The notes under the pieces are model-generated. The model searched no databases. It had not been told where the DNA came from and saw only the letters and a program-made list of their open reading frames with translations. A stretch of 63,709 bases of DNA, the filler included, from Atractiella rhizophila (taxonomy: Eukaryota): the NCBI GenBank assembly GCA_021432655.1. It is 8 parts of 5 records of this genome, joined end to end, with 100 filler letters (N's around TTAATTAATTAA, not from the genome) between each part and the next. Parts side by side here need not be neighbours in the genome. Positions count along the whole stretch, not along the records: positions 39,561 to 41,686 come from MU271349.1; positions 41,787 to 44,482 come from MU271352.1; positions 44,583 to 47,656 come from MU271352.1; positions 47,757 to 49,466 come from MU271361.1; positions 49,567 to 63,709 come from MU271361.1; 3 more parts are not named here. One strand, given 5' to 3'. Positions 39,561-51,253 of this stretch are shown piece by piece. Every line of letters starts with the position of its first letter. Position 1 is the stretch's first letter. A program made the translations under genes and the position numbers.

Positions 39561-41245
39561 GGAAAGAGGAGGAGAAAGAGATACGCACTCCGATCGACAG
39601 CTACCAAGCGACCTGCGTTCACGAAGCCGTGGAGGAGGAGGGGCCAGTGCGTCCTTTTCGGAATGGGGGCGTACAAGCTCGCGCCGGCTGCCCAGAAAGC
39701 ATCTCCTCCCACCCAGTCCTCTACAACCGACCGACCCAACAACTTGAGTGCCCTATCGCCCGGCCCATCGAAGGGGAATGGGAACGTACCATAGTCTTTC
39801 GGCCCTAGGGTGTTGAGCTTAAACATCCGTACGCTTGAAGGGCCGCCGAGGTGGAAGCGGTCGGAGAAGAGTGAGGGCGAGGGGGAGAGGGTATAGAGGA
39901 GTCCGGAGCGGAAGCCTAGCGAAAGTGTCTGTTGTTTTCAGATCGGTATTTTTCAAATCTGAAGAAGGAGACGGAGAGGCTAACAGCGGCGGATGAGAGT
40001 GGGAGCGACTTTTGGACGTCTACCGTCCCTTTTATGTGCTTAGCATCTCCACCAAGACCAGCAAGTTCCTACAAGCGTTTAAGGATAAGTTTTAACAGGA
40101 CAAACAGGGCAAAAACAGGAAGGAAGGACGTGCCTGTGTAAGCTTGTAATACATTCCACCTTTCGAGGGCTCAAAGACGTCCTCCCTAGTATCTGAGGTG
40201 ACAGTATGCGAAACCGCCGACTTGGTCGTTGTACCCGCAGATTCACGCATACTATGGAGCATTATTTTGTAAGCTTTTTCAGAAGTGAGGGGAGAAAGCA
40301 AACAAACCTCATGCTCGCTCTGGCTCCCAAATCGCAAATTCTCCTCAGGACGGCATCATATGAAAGTTCGTGATATCCTAGCGGAGACACTGTCTTCTCC
40401 CTCGTCACTCTTTCTGATCGTCATAGAGATTAGCAAAGACGCACCCTAAATCTGCCCTGGAAGCCGTGCAACCTCTCCGTGCAGCTCGCAAAGTGAGACA
40501 GGTCCGTATCGCTCGCGTACAGGGTCGTATCAATTCTCTTGTCGGGATCGGCAAAAACGGGAGAGTCGAAGCGCAACTATTCCACACACATACTTTATCA
40601 ATCTCTTTCCTCCACATCCCAACACGAAATAAGATGGAAACGCACCTGGAATGCACTCCTCGTGCGAGAACCAAAAGTCATTGCACCCTCCACCGTCTCC
40701 GCGCCTCCAAACACATTCCTCACCCTTCCCAAAGCCTGCACACTTCCCTCTCCATCGCCGACGTCAGTTGACGTCTTGAGATACTTCCTCGCCGCCTCCT
40801 TCACATGAAACACCACATCCAAGTCCCTCGCGCCACCCAACCCCGCCTCAGCATGTTCAACCGACGGCGCAATCTGTTCAAAGATGCCAAACCCCTCCAA
40901 CTTGCTCGTGACGTCCTTCACCGTCCTGAGCACGTCGCGCAACCGTCCCTGGTCTCCTATCTCCCGATGTTTCCGGAGCGCATCCTCCAATGCCTTCTGC
41001 AAGAACGACGCGCGCGTCTTCTCCAGTCCGAGGAAGCGGATGGAGGAGAGGTTGTAGCGCTCGTCGAGGTTGGACTGGACGACGGCACTCAGCGCGCGGC
41101 CTAGGCGCTCGCGCTCGCCTGATAGAATGCGCTGCTGCCGGGCGGAGAACCAGTCGTCGTGCTCCTTGGAGGCGGCGGGGGAGAAGGTGATGGGTGGGGA
41201 GGAGTCGACGGTCGCAGTCGGCGGCTCGTGGGGAGACAGTGACAT
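39561..41245 (-). CDS. SAM50: Mitochondrial outer membrane beta-barrel assembly protein Sam50/Tob55; 3' end in gap
   Basis: IRFLGLEKTRASFL (POTRA); LKTSTDVGDGEGS..RNVFGGAETVEG; SAVSHTVTSDTRED; DRFHLGGPSSVRMFKLNTLGPKD; VGGDAFWAAGASL; LHGFVNAGRL. Confidence 0.92.
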
Positions 41246-41461
41246 CTGTAGTAGTATTAGTGAGAGACAGGCAGAGTGGAGGAGTGACATACAGGTTGCA
41301 GCTAACAATGTGCCGGATAAATAATTCGTCGTTTTGTCGTTTGCTGCGACAGAGTTGGCATTTCGCGCCTTCCATCCAACAACACGAACGCGCTTCCCAT
41401 CCTCCTTTCACCACAACAATCACCACACAAACACTGGAACTGAAACTGAGAAGAAAAGGGA

Positions 41462-41686
41462 ATGTCGACACTCTCATCGTCTCCCTTCTCATCGCCCACC
41501 AGCGCCACCTCCTTCTTCTCCTCGCCGCTCGCGACCCACGCAGGCTCCACTTCCACGCGCAAAGACCCAAAACTCTCCCTCCGCCACGCAAACCACCTCT
41601 CCCGCCGCTCGTCGTCTCAGCTGTTCGGCGAGTCAGCCATTCAACAGTCCCTCTCACGCTCTCCGGCGAGTTTGTCTGAGAACGGC
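41462..41686 (+). CDS. 5' fragment of a Ser-rich protein, divergent from SAM50 and running into the gap
   Basis: ATG-initiated open frame MSTLSSSPFSSPTSATSFF... continuing to the gap. Confidence 0.35.
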
Positions 41687-41786
41687 NNNNNNNNNNNNNN
41701 NNNNNNNNNNNNNNNNNNNNNNNNNNNNNNTTAATTAATTAANNNNNNNNNNNNNNNNNNNNNNNNNNNNNNNNNNNNNNNNNNNN

Positions 41787-42355
41787 TATGACAGAAAACG
41801 CGCACCGGCGCCCGAATATCATATCGGCGATTTCGTCTGGTTGAGCGCGAAAAACATCAAATCAACGAGACCTGTCAAAAAAGTTGGACGACAAATGGCA
41901 TGGCCCTTTTTCGCGTTTTGCAAGTTTTGGGTCCCCTCAACCTTAAACTCGAGTTGCCATCCTCATGGAAGATACATCCAGTGTTCCATGTGGGCCTAAT
42001 ACGAAAAGTCAACGAAGACGACATCCCTGGCAGAGTCCAGTTGCCCAAACCACCTCCGGAATTGGTGAATGGAATTGAGGAATGGGAAGTAGAAAAAATT
42101 GTTGATGGGAAATGGTTCGGTACCCGAAATAGAGTTTTCAAATATCGCGTTCGATACAAAGGGTATTCACCATCTGAGGACGAGTGGATCAACATCACAG
42201 ATCTAGAAAACTCACAGGATGCCATAAAAGACTATCACACTGCACACCCTCTCGCAGTTCGTCCCGATTCCATACCGAACTCCGCCAAAAATCGCCCAAA
42301 TGCGCGTTTCCGTAACCTTCGACGAAAACGCGCTGAAGGGTCTTCCTCACTTTAA
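41787..42355 (+). mobile_element. Ty3/gypsy chromovirus pol C-terminus (integrase GPY/F-SH3 region plus chromodomain)
   Basis: YDRKR..YHIGDFVWLSAKNIKSTRPVKKLDDKWHGPFRVL..LELPSSWKIHPVFHVGL..EEWEVEKIVDGK..YRVRYKGYSPSEDEW. Two single-base homopolymer frameshifts near 41880 and 41910. Confidence 0.92.
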
Positions 42356-42710
42356 GGGGTCCAACACCCCTATATGCCTTGCCGGGTGAAATCCTAGTCT
42401 TTGATACTTAGGTCAAGGCAAGGCGCCGACTTGTTCCTCAACGGACAAATCGGCGACTTGGTCGTTGGTGAGTCCATTCGTCGCCCGTCAAAGACGAATG
42501 CTCATTGCGTTCTTGCACCATCACCAATGTCGCATTTACAAAAAATCGCCCTCAATCGCGAGGTCCCCTCCCCCTCACTTTAAGAGGTCCTACTCCTCTA
42601 GACGCCTCGCTGGGTGAATCCCTAGTCACACTGTTGAACATAGGTCTAAGCGAGGCGCCGGTCTGTTCCTCAACGGACAGATCGGCGACCAGTTTGTTGG
42701 TGAGTCACTC
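42345..42710. repeat. Imperfect ~135-bp direct repeat downstream of gypsy pol (42345-42476, 42573-42707)
   Basis: cctcactttaag.ggtcc...aggcgccg...tgttcctcaacggaca.atcggcgac...gttggtgagtc occurs twice. Confidence 0.85.
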
Positions 42711-43282
42711 ACCCCAGTTCGCAAAACGGTGGCTTATTGCACCAAAACAACACCGGTCAAATCCCAAAATCCCTCAATTGCGAGGTACACAACGCCCCCT
42801 TTCATCTCACGCCCTGTTCTGGTTTTGATGTTTATGGTGTTCTATTTTTGCTTTTATCCTTTTGTTTCCCATCTTTGTTCGCTCGACAACACTCTATCCC
42901 ACAAGGAAGACAGACCGGCGAAGAACATGCAAATCGCCGACACGTTATACTGCGCGTTGCGTCCACGAACGCGTGGCCCAGGCCTATTTGGTTGCGAGCT
43001 CCGTAATAAGCTTGGGTAGCTAGTGGGAGGAACGCCTGAGGGTCCTTCCCTAGACAGGGGAGTGTGAGTCCTGCATCACTCACGTTGCCATTGATCTCCC
43101 CACTCACCACAATGCTTTATGCCACCATGACACGATTTACACTTGTCGCCGCCTGGTAAATTCACCGCTAATACGGAGTCACAAAACATACATTTCAAAG
43201 TTCAAAATCGCCGCTCCGAATAGACTCCTCACTATCACTACTACTCGAAGCGGAATCAGAATACACATCGAAATTGGAATTG

Positions 43283-44482
43283 TCATAGGCCTCCTGAGCC
43301 AACGAAGGTTTCAAGTCGCTGAGTCGGAACTCGATTTCGCCGATGCGACGACTTTTGCACAGCTGGCGACGAGTTAAGTGCCCTACGATACCTAAACAAC
43401 ATCAGGAGAATCAGACGGATCGCCGAAAAAACAAATGAACTCACCCTACCAGTCACATCGGCTATCACACCTTCCAGCACAGAACCCTCACTAGCCCCAT
43501 CCTCCGCAGCACGTTCATCCTGCCTCCTTTTAAACAATTCCATTTGCAACTCGGCGGCCTTAAGAGCATCCGCCGCCGCTTGCGCATTTAACCTGGCGGC
43601 CTCGAGCATTGTTTGTGCAAAATCCATGCTGAACGCTTCGGAGTACAAACGGGCGGCGCTCAGCATAGAATGCGAAGGAGAGTCCTCGTCGGCGTCCGAC
43701 ACATTCTCATAATTGCTCTCAGCGAAAGCTGACGGACGCTTTCTCCCGTCGCCGACGCGTTTGGGGTGGAAGGTAGTCGACATCACGACCAGCATAGAGA
43801 GTTCCCGCAAATAACCCAAAGGCAAGACCTCACACCTCTTTCGAAAACTGTGACATCGCGAACAAACCCGACCGAACGCGGTTGCAACATGCCCAGCGGA
43901 GAAGTCACACACTTGAGACTCATTGTCAGCCTTAGCCTTCTTTTTCGCCGCTTTGACCGGCGCCGCTCGAATTTTCCCGGTACAATTACTGCATCGCTGC
44001 GTTCTGATGCTCGCTAACGTGGGGAGGATGCGCGGGTTCGCCCGAGGAGTCATGATAACCAATTCGAGCTCCAATTCACCCAGATTGATGTTCGCCGCGG
44101 TATGAGAATAGGCCTCACGAGTACCCGGCCAGAAGTAGCGATATTTCGCCGCATCCAATTCCTTGTCGCCGATTCGCACTTTTCCATCGCGCACTATGAA
44201 TTCGGCGACCGGCGCACCGGCGAACGGATTTCGATCCCCCAACGCTGCAGGCAGAACAAAGGTTGTCGCAGTAACCAGATGGTCAGATAGGGTCCTCACA
44301 ACCCCGACCTCGGGTCCTTTCAACGCCGAAATCGACTTTTGCGCTCGCAAATTTTCCTCCGCCACTCGTCGCTTATTTTCAAGCGCTACCCGTTTGCGTT
44401 CCTCTTCTTCCTTTGCCAAGCGTTTTTTCGTGTCAGACAAGAAAAGCTCTCGTTCTTTCCTTCGCAAAACAGGGTCGCCATT
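43283..44482 (-). CDS. Antisense ORF downstream of gypsy pol with a coiled-coil and a six-Cys cluster
   Basis: 394-aa open frame; C-x2-C-x24-C-x14-C-x2-C-x6-C; probable GT-AG intron at ~43444-43392. Confidence 0.6.
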   Translation of the reverse strand, partial: NGDPVLRRKERELFLSDTKKRLAKEEEERKRVALENKRRVAEENLRAQKSISALKGPEVGVVRTLSDHLVTATTFVLPAALGDRNPFAGAPVAEFIVRDGKVRIGDKELDAAKYRYFWPGTREAYSHTAANINLGELELELVIMTPRANPRILPTLASIRTQRCSNCTGKIRAAPVKAAKKKAKADNESQVCDFSAGHVATAFGRVCSRCHSFRKRCEVLPLGYLRELSMLVVMSTTFHPKRVGDGRKRPSAFAESNYENVSDADEDSPSHSMLSAARLYSEAFSMDFAQTMLEAARLNAQAAADALKAAELQMELFKRRQDERAAEDGASEGSVLEGVIADVTGRVSSFVFSAIRLILLMLFRYRRALNSSPAVQKSSHRRNRVPTQRLETFVGSGGL

Positions 44483-47400
44483 NNNNNNNNNNNNNNNNNN
44501 NNNNNNNNNNNNNNNNNNNNNNNNNNTTAATTAATTAANNNNNNNNNNNNNNNNNNNNNNNNNNNNNNNNNNNNNNNNNNNNCATCGCGTGTTGACTGTA
44601 AAGCTGGGACGAAATCGACAAGTTCGCGCACGCCTTACCGGGCAGCCTTCCTACCTTCTTCTCTCTTTAACTCGTAACATTCAATGACTCACTCTACCCC
44701 TCTCTTGGTTCTTTAGTTCCCGTGCCTACCCAAGGGCTGCACTAAGTTTAGTAGTGCCTGGCATTTCGACACTCTAGGAGTGAGAGCAGGAACTCACTAG
44801 CCACAGCTACTACTCGTATCGTTACGTATCCGCCAAAACACTGCGGAATAAAGATATCTGCAAGCGTCTTGTTGCGACTGGACGTGCCTCCACACAAGGT
44901 AAAGAGGTGTAACTCCTGATGTTAACTAGTGCTTAGCTAGTCTACCCTAGCTATTGCTCGGTTGAGGAAGTTAGGGAAAGAAAGTAGGTAAGAGTGCCAT
45001 AACGAGTGGAGCTGGAGTTTACCCTCTTATATGAACAGTGTGGAAGGAGAAGGTAAGGTCGGAGGAGGAGTGGATGTAGTTGTGTTGCTTCATGCTCGAA
45101 GCTAATACGCTAAAACCAAACAGGCAGAGCGAACCCGTCCTGTTTCCCCATACGTCTGGGTGCTTCAGTGGGAAGTTAAACCCCTGTCGTTCGATGGCTG
45201 GAGGACTCAGTGATAAAACAACCGGAAACCATGTGAGAAGTTACCTGTACACCCGACGTCCTACGTGTTATCGTCTCGAACACGCAAAAGGACTGGATAT
45301 AAGAAACTGCGACTTGTCCGTAGTATCACCAAGGCGAAACTTGGCCCCTGGTGAGAGAAAGTGCGGAGATTACTTCGGCTTCTCAACTTCTACGTTACGA
45401 AGTTCAAACCTTGCCTACTGAACCTTCGAAACTTACCTTCTGAATCTCCTTGCCCCGTTCCTTCGTCGTTACTTGATGTCACATGGTCTACTCGGTATAC
45501 TAGAGGAATTCATGTGAAGACGACGGCAAGGTAAGAAGCTTTACGAAATTTATGACTCATCCTTGCGTCGAGCTGCGAGGTAGTGGCTTATGGCTTTGTG
45601 TTCTGGGAAGCAGGGCGAGTGGCAAGGAAAAGTCTAAAACACTGTTGCACATCTTACTCTCCCTACCCATCTCGAGGATGGAAGGAGCTTCCCACACTCG
45701 GATTAGATCTAATGAGTTTTCCACGAAGTTTCTGCTTAAATACAAAAGGGAAGCAAGTACTCCCCTATCTCCTCGACGAACTTCCTAACTACTCTTAGAC
45801 CGGTGAGAAAAGACGAGCCTTGAGTGCACAATGCTGTCCACCTCCATCACCGGCAGTGAACAAAGTACCCCTAAAAACAACAGCATACGTCCCATTTGCT
45901 ACCGCCTTCACCCTTGCATAACCGTGCGACTCTAACAGATCACCAGGCAGATTCCAAGCGGCTAGCAAGGAAGGAGGGTCGGCGACAGGTGCGCGGGAGG
46001 AAAGAGGAAAGGCTTTGAGTGAGGACGAGGCAGCGCGTCCCATCGCTTTCGTTTTCGCTTCTGATGATGGTTTAATGGAACGAGAGATGACATGAAGATT
46101 TGAAGGATTGAGCCGTTTGGGCGATTTGGATGTTAACGCATGGGCTGCAGGGCGAAATAGTTGTTTGCACTAGAGGGCACAGGTGACGCTTGTATGCAGT
46201 AACAAAGGCGCCAGGACAAGGGTACAAGGGGCACATTGATAACAATGCTTGTCATTCGTTCTCTCGGTGCGACTCCAGAAACTGTCGGAAATGGAATTGC
46301 GCTCTACTAGAATGCATTCCGGCAAGTTGTCATCCCTAGCGAAATGCGAGATATCCGAAGAGACCAACAGCATTTGGGACGATTTGGGAAGATTTATTGC
46401 CCGCTTTTTCACAACACATCGAACCGAGACGCAAACAGAGGATGGGCACCTACTGTTACTACGTTACGAGATTTAAATATTTAAATATGGTCGGAAGCAT
46501 CATCCTCGAGACTGTGAGAGACCAAGTCGACACCAGTAGGACTTATGTGGTGATCTTAACGCAACGCATCGGACAACGGATTGTACCTTTATGAAACCTA
46601 TGCGGAAAAGTCGGAGTATTTGATTCTCAACTTCGAAAAATGGAGTTGCATGACAGACCGCACTTTGATACCTTGAAACGGTAAATGTGCTAGATTCAAA
46701 GATTTAAAAGAATTGAAGCAACAGCTGGGAACAGAATAGCGAGGACTTCTGGTCTCATAGTTCTGATAAAATTGGGGAAATACTGAGCAGGGTCAGAAAG
46801 ACAAAATCCATTCCCATCAGCAGGACCACGTATTGCTCTCCCAGGCTCCGAACGAAGAGAGTATCGATAGTATATTTTACGTGCAGCCTGAACTTTGACG
46901 GTCCGAGGCAGGCTTCCAGATACTTTCTACTTCTCGACCGCCCATTTATTGCAACCAAGGGAGAAGGAGAAAGGAGGGAACTGGTCGAAGATGACGATTA
47001 CGACTGATTGACTCTCGTGCATTGCTTCTTTCGTTTTTCAGTAGGTGTGGTGATATGGGCTAGTATATTTTGCTCTTGTGCTTTCATTGTAATTGGACGC
47101 GTCCTGCGTTGTTTTAGACGTTGTCATGCGGGTTTCGAAGGTGACGTCGCATCCCTTAGCGCCAACCCTTATGCTTGACTTTTGATCATATCGTTTCGCT
47201 CGGTCAGATTTGGAACATCCTCAACAAGATGACAACACTGCCATGTACCAAACTTTTGTCGAAGCACGATCTCTAGAACGTGGGATGTGTTGAAGTTCAG
47301 CTAGTCGTTTTAAATACCTTGCCTGCACTGGCTGCATATTCAATGTCTAGTAAAACTTTCAATGCCATCATAGTTAAACTTGAAATCGCTCGACAAATCA

Positions 47401-47493
47401 TATATCCATGAGTGCACTGCAACCCTTAGATTAAGACATAAAGAATGAGTGCTACTACCTCCGAACTCCGATTTTGGTGGCTCCGACGTGGCA

Positions 47494-47613
47494 TTAACCT
47501 ACGAATTTACAAGTAAAGCTGTCGGCCTTGTTGGAATCTCCTCCAATGTAAACACCTTCTTGAGGATATGGGCAAAGCTTCCTTTCGAACTTAACGCCTT
47601 CATTTTTATTGTC
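47494..47613 (-). CDS. Last exon of a tannase/feruloyl esterase family protein; remainder in gap
   Basis: After a branch point and AG: DNKNEGVKFERKLCPYPQEGVYIGGDSNKADSFTCKFVG*, which matches the R-x-LCPYP...Y-x-G-GD...A-x-SF-x-C C-terminal signature. Confidence 0.7.
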   Translation of the reverse strand, partial: DNKNEGVKFERKLCPYPQEGVYIGGDSNKADSFTCKFVG

Positions 47614-47756
47614 CTATCAATATTTGTCAGTCAGTCGCCACTGTTGAGAGGACCACNNNNNNNNNNNNNNNNNNNNNNNNNNNNNNNNNNNNNNNNNNNN
47701 TTAATTAATTAANNNNNNNNNNNNNNNNNNNNNNNNNNNNNNNNNNNNNNNNNNNN

Positions 47757-49466
47757 TTCGAGCTGAGGCATAGACTCTTTCAGATACTCGATTACTTGGT
47801 CTGGTACCATCGCTAATCGTAGATCAAGCTCTGTTACGTATGGCTGGAAGGAAGTAATGAATCAACTGTTTGAGATAGGAAACGGGACTGACTTGTCACC
47901 AGAGATTCCACGGAAAGAGGCTCGAACCTGATCTGACGACTTGGTGTCTTTGTGATCTCAACCAGGAATGAACTGAAGGCTTCGAAGGTCACACGACCTT
48001 CCTCATTCCCGATTCGTTGATGAATATTGTCAATTTCGGCATCCTAGAATGCACAAACCGTGAGTGAATGGAGCATAAAATTCGGGAAAAGAATTGTACA
48101 GAGTAGACGATCGATAAACTGGCGAGAGCTGCCTGGAACTCGTGAATGTCCAGCGTATTGCTCTCGTCCTTATCAAAGTAACGGAAAGTGCTTTCAAATT
48201 CTTCCAACTGCGCAGGAGTAAGATTCGTCATGCTCCTCGAGACAACCTGTTAAGTTTAGCGTCAGCCCGCTCCAAGGGCATCAACAACCTCTTGCCTGAT
48301 TCTCGATAAATGCGATCTTCTTCGTCACGCTTTTCTGCACCAATCCCAGTTCAAATTCTAGATCCTCATAGGTGTAAACGGTATAATCGTTCTCCTCCAC
48401 ATTCGCTTCGATACATTGCTTCTCGACGGACGCAATCTCGATCAGTTGGTCTTGAATGAGGGGTAGACGAGCTTGCAATCCCTTCACACGCACCAGTTGC
48501 GAGTCGAGCGAGCCTTCCAACGCGCTGATCTCTTCTGAAATTCGAAAGAGATTAGCTTCGCACGAGTTGGCCAGTTCGGCAAAACGTTTCCGCAGCTCCT
48601 CTTTTATTCTATCATCGGGGATCAGTCGACTGTAGGGAGGAAACAGATAGGAGGCTCACTGCCGGATCTTGGCGTTGATTTCCTTACTACGTTCTTTCTC
48701 GGCATTCAGCATCTCCTCCCAAAGCGCGTCCATGTCCTGCAAATGGTTCAATTTTGTTGAACCTATGAATGGAGAGCGTACCGACAGTCGGACACCATCA
48801 GGCGGCCGATAATCCCTCAAATTATACGTCTTCAGTTTTACTCCAATGTTGCCCAAGAGGGTAACGACCTCTGTCTTCTGCTCGACCCATTCCCGCTTCT
48901 TCGTCTTCTTGTGCTCGTGAAAAGCCGCCTGGGTGGCTTTCAAGGCCGAATAAGGCGGCATTGGAGGTTTCGAGGACCAATCTTGGAGGAGGGAACGGAT
49001 GGAAGAGAGGAGCTCGGACATTCGACGCTCGTAGTCGTTCATCGACAGCCAGACGGATTGCATGTGTTCTGCGAAGGCGGCGACGCGGCGAGCCTCTGCT
49101 TCTGTTTTGTCTGTGCAGTCGATCGGCTTAATGAGCAGATCAGGAGAAAGATAAGACACGCACTCATGGATGAGAAGGCGTGGAAGAATTGAGCAACGTA
49201 GGTCATTACAGAGCGCTCATCGGGTTTTGCCGAGTTGCACAGATCGGAGACTTCCAATAGTTGCTGAACACATCGCGTTAAGAACATGCAAGAAGGGAGC
49301 GAGGAAGGAAGCGCACTGGGATACCCAAATACTTTTCTGCAACTTGAAACGCGAGGCGAGTGTTCTCGTGTGCAGCTTGCTTGTCCAGTTGAGGGTAGTT
49401 GATAAGGTCGGGTCGATGGCGATGTATGAGAGCACAAAGTGCGAGACCATCTTTCCAGGAGTCGGA
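47757..49466 (-). CDS. Alpha-actinin-like protein (CH2, spectrin-like repeats, EF hands); both ends in gaps
   Basis: [90 protein letters not shown]. Confidence 0.92.
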
Positions 49467-49566
49467 NNNNNNNNNNNNNNNNNNNNNNNNNNNNNNNNNN
49501 NNNNNNNNNNTTAATTAATTAANNNNNNNNNNNNNNNNNNNNNNNNNNNNNNNNNNNNNNNNNNNN

Positions 49567-51010
49567 CTTGAGTGGCGCAGTGTTTTCACGCTAGGAACAT
49601 GGGATAAAGTTCCAAGCGTAAAAAGAGCGGGCCCTGTCCAAGACCGAGCAGGAGGAGGAGGAGCGAGAGAAGTCGAACCAGTGTCTCTATGCACTTGTTA
49701 CTCTGCTGATGTGCCAATGTGAAGGGGTAACATGGTTGGAGTGTTCAGCAACGACAATGAGGGGAAAAAGCTTCAGTTCGTCACCAACATAGCAAACATT
49801 CGAGACAAAAAGAACCGAGCCATCCTACCCGACAAAGTCATGCTCCATCAACAAGACACGAATCTCATCCTCAAAGATCCACTTCGGCCAGATACCCTGT
49901 ACATGCTAGACCTGGAGACTGGCAAAATCGCAGACGAAATGCGAGTCTCAGAGGACATGATCGTCAAGACATTTGCTCCCAACGCCAAATTCGCTCAGCA
50001 GGATCCGGAGCAAACCTTCACCGGCCTTTCGTCTAACACCATCTTCAGAGTGGACCCACGGTTGGGTGGTGATCGAATCGTTGGCGCTGAAAGCAAGACG
50101 TACTCTGGAAAGCCACTCTTCTCCTCGGTTGCGACTACTGGGGCTGGTGGGATTGCGTTGGCGAGCGAAAAAGGAGAGATCAAGCTGTTTGATCGGTTAG
50201 GAATCAGGGCTAAGACTGCTCTACCTGGAAGCGGAGAGCCCATCACTGCAGTGGATGTGAGTGCAGACGGTAAATATTTGGTCGTCACGGTACGCTCTCC
50301 CTCTCTTGTGGAGCCATCATCGTTGAAGAGGCAAAAATAGGGCAAGGACCACTTGCTGTTCATAGATACCACCATCAGAGAAGGTAAAAATAAGGATGAA
50401 AGTGGTTTCAACAAGTCTTTCCCTGCAGATGCGAAGCCAAAGCCGATCAGACTCAAGCTCAAACCTGAGCATCGTCTCATGATGGGAGGCGATAGCGTCT
50501 CGTTTACCCCCGCGAAGTACCTATCGCTCTTCCTTCCTGTCTCCGCCCTCACAGACATGTGTAGGTTCAACACAGGCAAAGATCTCAAGGAATCGTCCAT
50601 CGTCACCTCTACTGGACCTTTCGTCTTGACATGGAATGTGCGCCGCGTTATTAACGGTCATACTGAGTACAGAATATCAAAGTGCGCTCCTCCTCTATTA
50701 ACAGAACCATCTTGATAGTTATGCCTCAGGTTTAATGATAACGTCGTTGCTGAGAATTTCCGGTTCGGAGGCGACAAGGAAATTGTGAGCACTGTTTATT
50801 CTTCATGTAGTTGTTTTCTGACAATCTTTTCCAGATCGTTACTCTCCCATCTCAGGTGTTGAAAGCCCAGAGCAGCACGTTTACACGTTCGCATTCTGTT
50901 GCTCTCCAGGTGCTCCCGCTTCTGCTGACGTTTCAATAGAACCGACAACTGAGGCTTTAACTCGTCGATCAGGACGCAGAGGAGAAGGAATTGTGAAGAA
51001 ATGGTCCTGA
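49567..51010 (+). CDS. VID27: Vacuolar import and degradation protein Vid27, C-terminal part
   Basis: PDKVMLHQQDTNLIL; LYMLDLETGKIADE; KFAQQDPEQTFTGLSSNTIFRVDPRL; SEKGEIKLFDRLGIRAKTALP; IVTSTGPFVLTWN; VVAENFRFGGDKEI. Confidence 0.9.
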
Positions 51011-51253
51011 CGGTCTAATCGTTGAGTAGGGTAGATATGCTGCTATTATAGATATGGGTGTTTTGGGCTCTGTTGTGTGGTCATGGTTTGCTTCACATTC
51101 TGCTTTGTTTCGCCTGATCTTCAAAGTATGAGAGTCACCAATGTAATCCTAGGCTTCATGCCGGTGTCGATACAAATACAATGCAATACCAAAGGAATAT
51201 TGTACATTTTGTGGAACGGTGAAGGAGCGGTCATCCACTCACACCCGCAACCG

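Noticed and set aside
41875..41912. Two frameshifts in gypsy integrase as programmed frameshifting
   Set aside because: Both are single extra bases in homopolymers near a contig end; more likely sequencing error or decay.
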